DNA from: Spirogloea muscicola
Taxonomy: Eukaryota
NCBI GenBank assembly: GCA_009602725.1
Contig: WELB01000007.1
Span: 1,049,325 to 1,069,324, forward strand
Direction: 5' to 3'
Length of the DNA stretch: 20,000 nucleotides
The translations under genes and the position numbers were made by a program. Within the stretch, counting starts at the first letter, position 1. The number at the start of each line of letters is the position of its first letter. Shown one piece after another: positions 1 to 10,259 of this stretch. Under the pieces are notes generated by a model, which saw only the letters and a list, made by a program, of their open reading frames with translations, had not been told where the DNA came from and searched no databases.

Positions 1-197
1 CAGCGGCGGCGGCGGCGGCGTCGGCGGCAAGTCGGCTTAAAGGAAGAAACTGGACCGAGTTTGGTCCAGTTGAATAACTCGGTCCCAGCCCTCAGCTTTT
101 TTTTTTTGGTTGCTCGCTTATCTTCGGTCGGAAAGAATGGTTCTGTTTTCTTTAGAGCAGGCCCTTCAGCCCATTTGGCTCGCCCTCCATCCTCGAT

Positions 198-730
198 CCC
201 AAGGCCAGTGTAGCCTGAGACTGCTATTTCCGACCCCTGGCCCCTTCTCGTCCTTTGTACATTCTTTTCTGGGCTGGCTTTTTCCAGCCCCTGTCCTCAA
301 TGGGCGAGCCCTTCTCTCTATTTCCGACCTGCCCCTCAACCCTTAATCCCCAAGGCCAGTGTAAACTGGGATTGCCATTCCCTCACCCTTTCACCGTTAC
401 CTGCCGCTATTCTGGCCGGTACCCGCCTTCGCTCGTCAAGGTGGGTCATCCCTTGTCCTCAGACCTTGTCCATTGCTTGAATAGCAAGCGCGGCCGGATT
501 AACTGGTGGCTGGGAGAGGCCAGCCCAAAAGAATGGACAAGGTCCATTGCTTTGGGCTGGCCTCTCCCAGCCACCACTCCCAGCCACCACACTTAATCTG
601 GCCGCGCTAGCTTGGCCATCCCCATCGAATCGGGCTTTAAGGGCTTTTCGGCTTCTTTTCGGGCTTTTTGAGCGGTTTCGGGCGAAAGGATGGGGGCTGC
701 CTCTCGGATGCCAAATCTACGGCCCAGCGG
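198..730 (+). repeat. Copy A of a modular dispersed repeat (probable non-autonomous TE), with an internal fold-back at 487-608
   Basis: 198-221 is the exact reverse complement of 4618-4641. 420-448 matches the reverse complement of 4275-4303 at 28/29. 620-700 resembles the reverse complement of 4191-4272. 486-540 resembles 4310-4364 directly. 255-315 resembles 10073-10135. Perfect 26-bp inverted arms at 504-529 and 551-576. Confidence 0.8.
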
Positions 731-1060
731 CAGATACGCGCGGTCATTGAGTGGTTGGGATGGTAGAGTGCGGTTGGCCTGTTGATAGCGACATTGACGA
801 CGACGCACTAACTCGACCGGAGTTGAGCTGGAGGTGCTGTGTTTGTGAATTCTGGTTAACAGTAATAGATAGGTGACGTGCCTCAGTTGTCCGCGTGTGG
901 TGCCACCTCACATGCCACCTGTCAGACCGACATGAATAAGCCATCTACGGGATATTTCATGACAAGGTCCATGCATCACAGCTTGCGTCGCACGTGAATG
1001 TGCCATAGACTCTCCAATAAGAGGTGTAAAAGACTTTTCCATGTCATGATATATAGAACG

Positions 1061-3081
1061 CTAAGAAGCTGTTATGGTAGCCGCAGCTGATGCACTGCTG
1101 CTGCCAAGCACGTCCCCACAGATGAGCCCTTCCTTTGAAGAAAACTCCAGAGACTGTTGCGGTCTGGCGTCCGTCTGGCTCCCCTTTGGGCAGGAAGTTG
1201 CCCCAGGGTGCTCGACGGTGCCCAAACTCCCCGGCGCAGTACTGCTGCCCGTCATTTTCTCGCTTAAGGGCCTCAACGATGGATCTCTGGAGTTTCTCTC
1301 CCGGATCTCCACCACAATCGAGTGCAACCAGGGCAGCGACAGCTTATGCTCCCGATTCAGCCGCTCACGCAGATCCGTGTGCACACGGAACCATGAACCC
1401 AGGAGCTTGTGCATATGTGCGCGAATCATGCGCATAGGCACGGGATAGGGGTCGCACAGGTCCAGGTACTCTGCCATCAGCGACAGCTGGTCAGGAGCAG
1501 CCTCGCCAGCTCCGCTGCCGTTCCTCTCACTGCCATCCAGCTGGTGCTCATCTCCTTCGACTTGACTTGCGACCACCTCGACCGCTGCTGAGACATCAGC
1601 AGTCTGGTCTTTGCAGGGCTCACTGTTGAGCACCTGCGTCTGAGCTGCAGCTGCTGAGGCATCAGGGGCCTCACAAGGGGTCCCTGGCCGTGTATCCCGG
1701 CCTTCTTGCAGAAGCACGCTCTTGATGCTGCTGCCGCTCTCGGCAGGCATGCGGTGTCCTGCAAAGAGTGCTGGATTGCTCAGGAGCGACTCCGCAGACA
1801 TCACGCCCTGCGCGCCTGTGAAGCGCATGCACTCGACTGCATCCTCCAGCCACCGCACATTGCCATTGGCGAGCACGGGGATGGACACAGCCTGCCGCAC
1901 AGCGCAAATTGCCGGCCAGTCGGCCCTCACGGCCCGCCCGCACTTCTGGTCCCGCGTCCGGCCATGCACAGCCAGCAGTGAGCACCCTGCGTCTTCCAGC
2001 ATCTTGGCATAGGCGATGGTGTCCTCAAGCTGGGGGAAGAGGCGGATCTTGCAGGAGACGGGCGTGCTCACGCCCGCTGCCAAGGTCTCCACCAGCGACC
2101 TGACGAGGGGCATGTTGTCCATCAGGAATGCGCCATAGTAACCCCGCTTGGCAATCCTTTGTGGGCACCTGCGGCAGAGTGTGCAAGACCCCTTGTCAAG
2201 CATGGAGCTTTCAGAGCGATGTGCAGGACAGCAGATCTTCAGCTGCATGCCTGGATACCGGCTACGAGCAGGTCGCTGTCACACGTGACGAGCCTCATGC
2301 TGCCCTTGCTGAGGCTCTCCCTGTGCTCCTCTTCCGATCACCTTGTACTGGACTGCTCCTGCAGTAAGGCTTGCTGGCACAAAACACACGTCCTCGGGAA
2401 TCGGCCATAGCATATGAACGTACCCAAGATTGATGTCGATGTAGTCGCAGTCGTTCTCGACGTGCTTGGCTGCAGCCAGCAGCGTCTGCGGATCATTAGC
2501 GCAGAACTGCACAAACAGCGGCCGATCCTCCTGCACAAGGACCAGCACCACGTCGAGACTTAGACTTGGTCACTCAGGCCGCAGTGTTCAGCAGAGGCGG
2601 TTGCCGTGAGAGAAGCCATGACGGTGTCATGTACCATCGAACAAGGCTTCGATAGGCAACCTGGCAATTGAACATGGCACTCTAGACCAGAGACTGCTTT
2701 GTGGCCGCTGGCCGCTGGTAGCAGAGCCCTACTGGGGGGCCACGAGAGCCCCTCTGGAGACCTCTGAGACAGGTTACCCAGCTGCCGGCCTCGTCCGGCA
2801 GCTAGGAAAGACGAGCCATGGGGCTGGGGGCTCACGGGGCAGGTGGAGAACTCGGCACGGCGGTACTTGGCGTCGCTGGCGAAGAGGCGGGAGTGGAGCA
2901 TGGGGGTGTACGCGGCGTGCGCGCCGTGACGGCGGCACAGCATCCGGAACGGCAGCTCCGACTGGTCCACCATGGGCGCCACGTGCCACGCCGGCGACCC
3001 CAGCCGCCGGAAGTGCTCCCACGCCGCAGCCGCCCGGCGCTCCCTCTCCCGCGCCGCCCCGTCGCCGCCCGCGGCGCCGGC
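1061..3081 (-). CDS. DUS1: tRNA-dihydrouridine(16/17) synthase, DUS1-like; 3 visible exons (>=3081..2836, 2530..2424, 2168..1061); start codon probably in the N gap
   Basis: The spliced translation contains the Dus motifs [56 protein letters not shown] (catalytic Cys across a phase-2 intron), [20 protein letters not shown] and GVMSAESLL. Introns are canonical GT..AG. Stop TAG at 1063-1061. Confidence 0.93.
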
Positions 3082-3154
3082 NNNNNNNNNNNNNNNNNNN
3101 NNNNNNNNNNNNNNNNNNNNNNNNNNNNNNNNNNNNNNNNNNNNNNNNNNNNNN
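3082..3154. other. Assembly gap (73 N) next to a GCC microsatellite
   Basis: Run of N, followed by (GCC)n at about 3163-3204. Confidence 0.99.
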
Positions 3155-3160
3155 GGCAGC

Positions 3161-3162
<2 letters not shown>

Positions 3163-3204
<42 letters not shown>
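3163..3204 (+). repeat. (GCC)n microsatellite at the DUS1 5' end
   Basis: Seen directly; similar runs occur at 3-28 and about 10516-10547. Confidence 0.95.
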
Positions 3205-3207
<3 letters not shown>

Positions 3208-4139
3208 GGGACGGGTGCTTTGCGATCGCACCCTTCTTAGGGCTTAGGATTTAGGTTAGGCCTTCCGCCGAGCCGTTTCGCCCTTGCAGCAGCCTCTGGC
3301 TTGCGCTGCGGGGTTGCTCTTCCTCCCCTCAGCTCATCTGACTTCCTACTGCTGACACGTGGGTACTAAGAGCGCCCTGTCTACCTAGTCTGTGGCTCCC
3401 CTAATGTAGACATAAACAACCTCTGTATGCACCTGGCTGACTTTTACAGCCGCCCTTTATTCTATCAGCAGGCATTCTTCTTAGGGCCTCGGGGGTCTGG
3501 AAGAGAAAGAAAGGTCTCTATCAGTGTAGGCCATTGATGGGAAGAGTGTCTTTTGAGCAAGGGCCTGAGTGGCCAAGCACAAAGGCAAAGCACATCGACA
3601 GGTATTTGTCACCTGCTGCTAAGCTGACCCGCTCTGTAACCACGAGTCAGCACGTGGAGGACGCTAACTGATGCCCAAATGCCGGACGGCGATTAACAAG
3701 CCTATTTGCCACCAGCTCAAGCTCGACCAGCTTTCTGGTGCAAAACATGAGCCTGAGCTCGCTGTAACAGGCTGACACAACGCCGCAGAGGAGGCCAAAG
3801 CAAGCCAGTACAGTGACCCTGAACCATTTCTTCGAGCCAGTACAGTATGTAAGAGGACTTAAAAGTTGAAACAGGGGTAAATGTAACAAATACAATTCAA
3901 GACTTCGAGACCCCACGAGTGAAGCAGATTACCAGACAGGAAAGCCGCTGTCGTGTGAGATATGCCGTGGGTGGTCCAATTGTGTCGATCTGACAAGGAT
4001 GGTCACTTGGCGGTATACGTGGACATAACAGGTGGACTCACCTTTGCTCTAGTGTGGATGAGTCGCAACCAGGTCACCTCCGGCTCCACGTCAGTCAGGA
4101 AAGATGCGCCCCAATCTGGCTCGGCGTCGGAGCACCATC

Positions 4140-4641
4140 CTATCCGCCGCCCGTGCCTTCCCCATCAACGAAATCTTTCATCAACGGCAAGCAGCCCCTA
4201 TCCTGCCGCCCGAACCGCTCAAAATGAAGCCCAAAGAGAAGCCGAAAAAGCCCTAAGGCCCGCTTCAATGGGTGTGACCCACCTTGACGAGCGATGGCGG
4301 GTAAAAGGAAAGCGCGTCCACATTGACTGGTGGCTGTGAGAGGCCAGCCCACAGGAATGGACAACGTCTGAAGGAGCCGGATGGCGCAGAAAGCAAGGTA
4401 CTAAGTGCTAAGACGGCAGCAAGGGGGCTCTCAGTAACCTCTAGTCAGTAGATGCAAATCGGAATAGCTAGCAGGCGGATAGACGTCGCCTGGACGGAAG
4501 CCGGAGGCTGCAGCCAAAGCGCGGCCTGCGCGTAAGTGAACCACGAAGGCAAGGGACTGCTGCAAAGGTAGGTAGTGGTAGAAATTACAGTCTCGGGCTG
4601 CACTGGCCTTTGAGAAGGTCTCAGGCTACACTGGCCTTGGG
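4140..4641 (-). repeat. Copy B of the modular dispersed repeat, inverted relative to copy A
   Basis: Modules at 4191-4272, 4275-4303, 4310-4364, 4590-4610 and 4618-4641 match modules in 198-730. 4310-4450 also resembles the reverse complement of 9972-10135. Confidence 0.8.
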
Positions 4642-5744
4642 GTGCCAGTGGGTCAAACGGCCAGCCCCCATAGACCAATGTTATTCTTTGCCTAAGTGGT
4701 CTTCCCTCCTCCATCGCCTGGCGCTGCATGTCGATGCCCGTCGGCGTAGTCGGGTGGGTAGCTTGAGGCATTCTAGCGTCCCGCAAGCCAAATCGTTGCA
4801 TGCTATAGGCTGCGGCTACCATTGAGTCTACAGCGCTCCCAGGCACTCAGCGATACACCAGCGTGCTGGTCGTGCATAAGCACAGGCTAATGGCTTCCGT
4901 GGTGGTGGTTTGGCGCCTCAGTACAGCATGTCAGATACGCATGTGCTCCCTCGGGGATATTTAGTGTCCCCCTTAGCCAGCTCATTACCCAGTTAACAGG
5001 ACTTTGTAAGGCTAGAATTGGCCTCCCTTTCAATTTCATGCGCACCGCGCGCCTTCTCTCTTGCCTGACCAATGTTAAGGGGGTGCGGAGGGTCGGGGTC
5101 GAGCAGTCCTCTCGGTCCAGTCTTTTGCTCTTGCCAGAACTGCCCCCAGCGCCGCCGCTGCCGCCGCCGCATTGCCGTCGGGCGTCTTCGCTGCTGTCGA
5201 GCCACGCCGGGAAGGCGTGGGCTCACAGGAAGGGCAGCCGCGCTGCTAAAAAGCCTTATCCCGGGTGACTCCGCCGCCGGTAGCGTCAGAGAATCGGTGA
5301 CACAGGGAAACAACGATACATCGTGACCTTGTCTTTATGGTGCAGATGTTGAGCATTGCCTCGATATGCTCTGACACTGTTGATTACAGTCTGGCCGTCA
5401 CTTGCTTGTTGAGTAGGTCCCAGCTCTAGATCTTGCGACTAGCATTGTGGAGTGTATTTGCTCTCCTTGGACCACATTGCATGTTCCAGTAGATAGCCGG
5501 AGACTCTCTTGTGGACCGGTAAGTGGAGCTTGCGCTGTTGCGCTGGGCTACTGCCAACTGGTTCTTGCGCTGTTGCGCTGAAATAGTGCATATAAAACCA
5601 TCTGAAAGTAGTGCATAAGGACCCGTCTGGAAATAGTGAACTAGGATCTCATCAAGGACGTACTACTGCTTGGTTAGGGGTTCATTGCATTGAGTGCCGT
5701 GTTTCTTATTCTCCACATCTTCTCTTCTGCTGGACCGGGTAGAC

Positions 5745-6058
5745 TTGACTGTTGATGCGCACTGTAACATTGTGGCTGGTGCCAAATTGGTCGAGTGTAC
5801 CCGTCGACGATCTGCAAGGGACCCAAGGCAGGCTGCGTCCAATATGGTGTATGGTCCCAATATGTCGCGGATGGTGTTGAAACCACGTCCTGTGACAACC
5901 AATACTTGGCGCGACGTGATTTCAACATCGTATGTGACATATTGGGACCATATACCATATTGGACGCAGCCTGCCTTGGGTCCCTCGCAGATCGTCGACA
6001 GGTACACTGGACCAATTTGGCTCCAGCCACAATGTTACAGGTGTGCATCAACAATCAA
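5745..6058. repeat. Long inverted repeat (fold-back), ~140-bp arms and 23-nt spacer
   Basis: By hand alignment, 5762-5889 versus the reverse complement of 5913-6040 gives 11 mismatches in 128 bp, with a 32-bp perfect core. The arms extend to about 5745 and 6058. The + and - ORFs over this region translate to near-identical peptides. Confidence 0.97.
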
Positions 6059-6420
6059 AGCGTTCTCCAGGTCTATTTGCTTACGTTGCATTGGACCCAG
6101 GCCGGGACGTAATCCCTGTGGATGATCGCAGAAAACCTCCATCAAACAAGCCAGGCAGACCTAGGGCTACTTTCCCAACCTTCCTGGCCTCTGTTGCACC
6201 TGCATGCTTTTATCCTCAGCCTTATGGGCCCGCACCAGGCATGGTCAGAATTATCAGCACTGAGGAGCATTTGAGGAGCCTATCCCCGTGATTTTGAAAA
6301 GGCAACGGATACGAGCCAGGAGAAATTACGCTCTTTCATTTCTCGTTTCCAGCCAACGTAAGGCTTACAGGACAGGCGTTTGATGCTGATTCAATGTCCT
6401 GGAGGCTTAGTGTCTGCAAT
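5913..6420 (+). pseudogene. Remnant of a retrotransposon-borne cytosine-5 DNA methyltransferase domain (motifs VIII-X region)
   Basis: Across frameshifts: DFNIVCDILG-PYTILDAACLGSLADRR(Q/R)VHWTNL (LDAA..WTNL at 5960-6019, motif VIII-like), RSPGLFAYVALDPGR..NKPGRPRATFPTFLA (variable region), EEPIP..EKA/GYEPG (motif IX-like, about 6273-6321), and RLTGQAFDADSM (6361-6396, motif X-like). Motifs I, IV (PC) and VI were not found. Confidence 0.65.
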
Positions 6421-6568
6421 GCTAATCAAACCCGGAGAAAGGTCAACATCCTTACTTCACAACCCATCCAACCAGACTCACCGACCTGGACGCAGAACTT
6501 TTCAAATTGTTTGATCCCCTTTCAGAAGACGCTGAGGAGATCTAGCAACGACAGTTGATCAGGCAGGC

Positions 6569-7620
6569 ATGCCATTCTTTGACGGAATGAAGTGGCAAAT
6601 AGGTCTTGACCTGACTGCACACGAGCACACCACAAGTCAAGTTGTTGATTTATCACTTGCCGCTTTTGCATCTTCTTCAGCTGACCTGGGTACATATACA
6701 GGTGCTCGATTTAGACAACGATTAGACAACGATAAGCCTATCTTCAGGAAAGGATGCGTTGTCTGCAGCTTATCTAATTTCATCAATGACACATGTCAAG
6801 AGTTGTTAGCTATTGGTTTGATAGAACCAACCCACAGCTCTTTTGCAGCACCAATCGTTTTACCTGCCAAAAAGGATGAATTTGATTACCACACAGCTAG
6901 GCGAATGTGTCATGATTACCAACTACTGAATGCCGCCACGCCTTTGGACCGTTATCCAATGCCAATGCCCGAAGGGATCTTTGACCGTGTTGGCGCAAGT
7001 AAGATCTTCTCTGTACTTGACCTCAGGCTGCGCTTCAATCAAATTAATATTGAGCATCGTGACAAACACAAAACAGCGTTCTGGGGGTTGGACCAAGGTA
7101 TCGGTGTTCAATACTAATGGGTTTAAAATCTCAGTCGGGCTTAAAAATATTCCCATTATGTTCCAGCGAGTCATGGATGCAGTCCTGCGGGATATTTCCT
7201 TTGCTCGTTGTCACATAGATGATATACTTATTTTCAGCAAGAATCTCACAGAGAATATAATTCATATTGCAGTGGTACTGGACATCATCCACCGAGCTGG
7301 ACTTCGGTGTCACTCAGGCAAATGTCGATTTGGACTCATAGAGGTTGTTTACTTTGGTCACCAAATCTCAGACTGCGGTCTATCACCTCACGATGCCAAA
7401 TTCAGGTTTTTCTTGAGATTCAAGCACCTACATGTCTTAAGCCCTTGCGCTCTTTCCTTGGCTTAGTCACTTATTATCAACGCTTCATTGCTAATTTTAG
7501 CTTACATGCTCGACCCCTCAATGACTTGGTGGAGAACGATAAGTTCTGGAATTGGACACCAACTCGTCAAATGGCAATTCCAGAAATTGAAGGTTGCTTT
7601 GACACAAGCTCCAGTTCTGC
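6569..7620 (+). pseudogene. Ty3/Gypsy reverse transcriptase, frameshifted
   Basis: AAPIVLPAKKD..RMCHDYQLLNAAT..DRYPMP, FSVLDLR..FNQI..DKHKTAFW, GLKNIPIMFQRVMD, CHIDDILIFS (YxDD changed to HIDD), LRSFLGLVTYYQRFIANFS. Confidence 0.95.
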
Positions 7621-8000
7621 GGCGTCCTAATTACAATAACGACTTCTTTCTTCGCACCGATTGAAATTAAAAGGGAATGGGTGCAGTTCTTACTCAGCGA
7701 GACGATAACCAGCATCATTATGTCATTGCCTATGCTAGCCTTAGCAATACACCTGCCGAGGCTAACTATTCCGCGTATGAGGGTGAATGTTTAGCCGCTG
7801 ATGGGCCGTTACCCACTTCCGTCCATATTTACATGGGGGACCTTTCAATTGATCACAGATCATCAAGCTCTGCACTGGTTGTTGACCACTCAGAACCTAA
7901 CAGGGAAATTTGGGCTCACACGCTTCAGAACTATGGATCCAAGATTGTTCATAGACCAGGTATTCTAAATCTGGATGCTGATGCCGTCAGTCGTATGCCA
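7621..8000 (+). pseudogene. Ty3/Gypsy RNase H, disrupted
   Basis: LRTD*..GMGAVLTQ..VIAYAS..AEANYSAYEGECLAA..TDHQAL..IVHRPG..NLDADAVSR. Confidence 0.9.
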
Positions 8001-8149
8001 TTCCCTGCCACAGATTCTCATCGACTAGCTCACATGACCATTCAGGAGCAGCAAATATTCTCATACCGTCTTGCTCATACTCTTACTTCATCTTTACATT
8101 GCTATCCAATTGCTTGCGCTTTGGATGTTCTCGACAGCGGTGTGTTTCC

Positions 8150-9400
8150 AAAGATGTGTGGTTAGATGCACCGGTTCTTCAATATCTTCAGACTGGCATC
8201 TACCCTTCCGACTTTACAACAATGCAGAAGGATCTCATTAAACACCGAGCGCGTCCTTATCTACGGATTGATACACAAGTCATGCTGAACATGGCAATCG
8301 AATTGTTCCACCTCCTGCGGCGAGTACAATTGGTGCACGATGTCCATACGTCTCTCGGGCACTTCGGCATCAAACGCACAATCAGTTTGTTGGCCACTAA
8401 ATACTGGTGGTCCGATCTTACACGTATGGTCATACAATTACTATCCGCATGCAAAGATTGTGATGGGATTTGCAACATCTTTTCATAGAAGTCACCTCAA
8501 CTCCATCCATTGCCTATTCGGGGACTGTTTTATTAATGGAATTTGGACCTGGCTGGTCCTCTGCGCCGGGGTCCCCACAGATCTTACGTATTGATTAAGA
8601 TTGAACACTTTTCTAAACGGGTAGAAGTTGTCGTTATTCCCACAAACTCTAGTGTATACATCGCCGAGGCTTTCCTGAACCAGGTACTAGGCGCTTCCGC
8701 TGAGGTGCTCACCGATCAAGGATCGGAATTTCAGGGTGATTTTCAGCTTCTTCTAAACCAAACATTGATTGATCATCGCCTTAACCTCACGCGACTATCC
8801 ACTAGCAGATGGATTAGTGGGACGCATGGTACAGACTATCAAACGAGTCCTGACCAAGTATGCTCTTCGCAAGGGCATGGAGCGGTGGGATAAGTTCTTG
8901 CCATGGCTTATAATGGGATATCGGATGTCAAAACACACTTCATTGTCAGCGTATAGCCCGTACTTCGTTTTATATGGACGACATCCAGTAATTTCTACTA
9001 GTCTCCATGCTGTCGCAACGGAATTTGTTGATCAAAATGCCCGAAATTGTTGATTGAAGTTTGTACTGAACGTGGCAGATTATTCAAAAGGCTTATGCCT
9101 ATCACTTTGGAAAATTTAGGCATAACGCAACATCGTGACACTCAGCGTTACGCTACTGTTCGTAGCGGTAGCTACCAACCGAAGCATCAGACAACTGCTA
9201 TTAATGACTATGTCTACCTCAAGGTGAAACCTCAAGATGCACTTGATGCTTCTACAGGTCCATTCATCTATAAAGTTGTTGGCAAAACTCATCTGGAGTC
9301 ATCCGCCTGCAAGGCTCCTGTGGTATGGAAATTTCGGATCATATCCCACATGTCACGCCTTGCCACCTTACAAACATTGACACTACAATAAAACCTATCA
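8150..9400 (+). pseudogene. Ty3/Gypsy integrase (HHCC, DDE core, GPF), frameshifted
   Basis: VHTSLGHFGIKRT..KYWW..CKDC; DLAGPL; VLTDQGSEF; DGLVGRMVQTIKRVL; WDKFLPW..YR..YSPYFVLYGRHP; GPFIYKV. Confidence 0.92.
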
Positions 9401-9420
9401 GGCAGTGGGTCTCTGCGCAC

Positions 9421-9570
9421 TTATCTTGCCAACTCTGTCATCGGGAAGACCAATCAGCAACCATGCTGTTGTGTTCTGCTTGCAATAAGGGGTGGCATAT
9501 GCATTCTTTAACGCCACCACTCATAAGCATACCTTCCGCTGATTGGCTCTGTACAGCTTGTGTGGATGGT
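9421..9570 (+). other. PHD zinc finger at the end of the retrotransposon pol
   Basis: CQLC..TMLLCSACNKGWHMHSLTPPLISIPSADWLCTAC fits the C4HC3 PHD pattern, with one ligand changed from Cys to Ser. Stop at 9598-9600. Confidence 0.9.
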
Positions 9571-9605
9571 AACCCAACTCTTCAATCTAGTCAGGACTGA
9601 CATTT

Positions 9606-9614
9606 GGGGGGGGG
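9606..9614 (+). promoter_or_regulatory. Candidate polypurine tract (G9) of the retrotransposon
   Basis: G9 run directly after the pol stop, the usual PPT position. The 3' LTR expected after it could not be confirmed. Confidence 0.4.
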
Positions 9615-9971
9615 TCATTTGCAATCATCCATCACGAGCTCGGATTCTCCTATCATATTTTTAATAGGCTATCTTCTCAGTCATGTTTTTATCTGCAACC
9701 GTAGAGATACCTAAATTTCTCGCATACCATTGTTATTCACAATGTGTGCGATGCCTACCACGTCGCCTCCAACATTTCACCTGAAATCGTAACTAATCTG
9801 TTCTAATGACGTTATCTTGCTCGCTCGCACAAGTCTTCCGCATGCGCCTGGCCGTATCGCTTCAACGCTTTCTTCCCCACGCCGTCCACACGCGAGCAGG
9901 CCGTGCTATGGCCGCCGCCTCCGGGTCTCGGCGGAGTGCCTCCTTCCCTGCAGCGAGCTCAGACCTGATGT

Positions 9972-10135
9972 TGCTCACTCGTGGGTACTGAGCTTCCCTC
10001 TGCATTGTCTGTGTTCTGCAGTGATTTGTAGTGTAGTCCTTTTTCCGGCTCCTCTTTCATTGGCTTTGGATATTGTCCATTCTGTTTTGGGCTGGCTTTG
10101 CCAGCCCCTCTTCTCTATGGGCGCGCACTTCTTCT
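9972..10135 (+). repeat. Copy C (partial) of the modular dispersed repeat
   Basis: TTGTCCATTC..TGGGCTGGCTTTGCCAGCCCCT..ATGGGCG matches 255-315 and the reverse complement of 4310-4364. TGCTCACTCGTGGGTAC matches 3350-3366. Confidence 0.65.
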
Positions 10136-10259
10136 ATCTGGCACTCGACGTTGTATGGCACAAGACCGCTCCGCTGCATGTTGGTCGGGGGGCACGGCCT
10201 CGTGCCACGCGGACGGTAAGGTGACCGCCGCTGCTGCCCGGAGGCCCTCCAAGCAGTGA

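Larger units (their letters stand above)
5745..9614 (+). mobile_element. Degenerate Ty3/Gypsy LTR retrotransposon internal region (MTase remnant - RT - RNase H - integrase - PHD), frameshifted; no LTR pair found
   Basis: Domain order RT-RH-INT defines Ty3/Gypsy. The region is visibly more AT-rich than the flanking genes, has no introns, and has many frameshifts and stops. Element boundaries are approximate. Confidence 0.93.

Noticed and set aside
48..110. 9-bp hairpin (AACTGGACC/GGTCCAGTT) and a nearby T run as an intrinsic terminator
   Set aside because: Eukaryotic context, and the T run is about 25 nt away from the stem.
110..944. Short ORFs here, in 3647-5326 and 9806-10633, and ORFs antisense to the real genes
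   Set aside because: They mostly use non-ATG starts, lie in repeat or GC-rich DNA, and show no recognisable protein motifs.
1500..1745. Low-complexity insertion inside DUS1 as a novel domain or missed intron
   Set aside because: The frame stays open, the composition looks like a disordered linker, and no motif is recognisable.
5530..5640. Short tandem duplications (TTGCGCTGTTGCGCTG x2; CTGAAATAGTGCATA-like x3) resembling a repeat-spacer array
   Set aside because: Too few, too short and degenerate, in a eukaryotic context with no cas genes. Not CRISPR; probably slippage near the TE boundary.
6031..6125. CYRC..CLRC in ORF 5694..6125 as a gag zinc knuckle
   Set aside because: It lacks CX2CX4HX4C spacing, and the other frames here match the methyltransferase-like peptide better.
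9615..10250. Possible 3' LTR with a matching 5' LTR at 4400-5700
   Set aside because: I found no direct repeat between the two flanks by eye. The only shared sequence is inverted and belongs to the separate repeat family.
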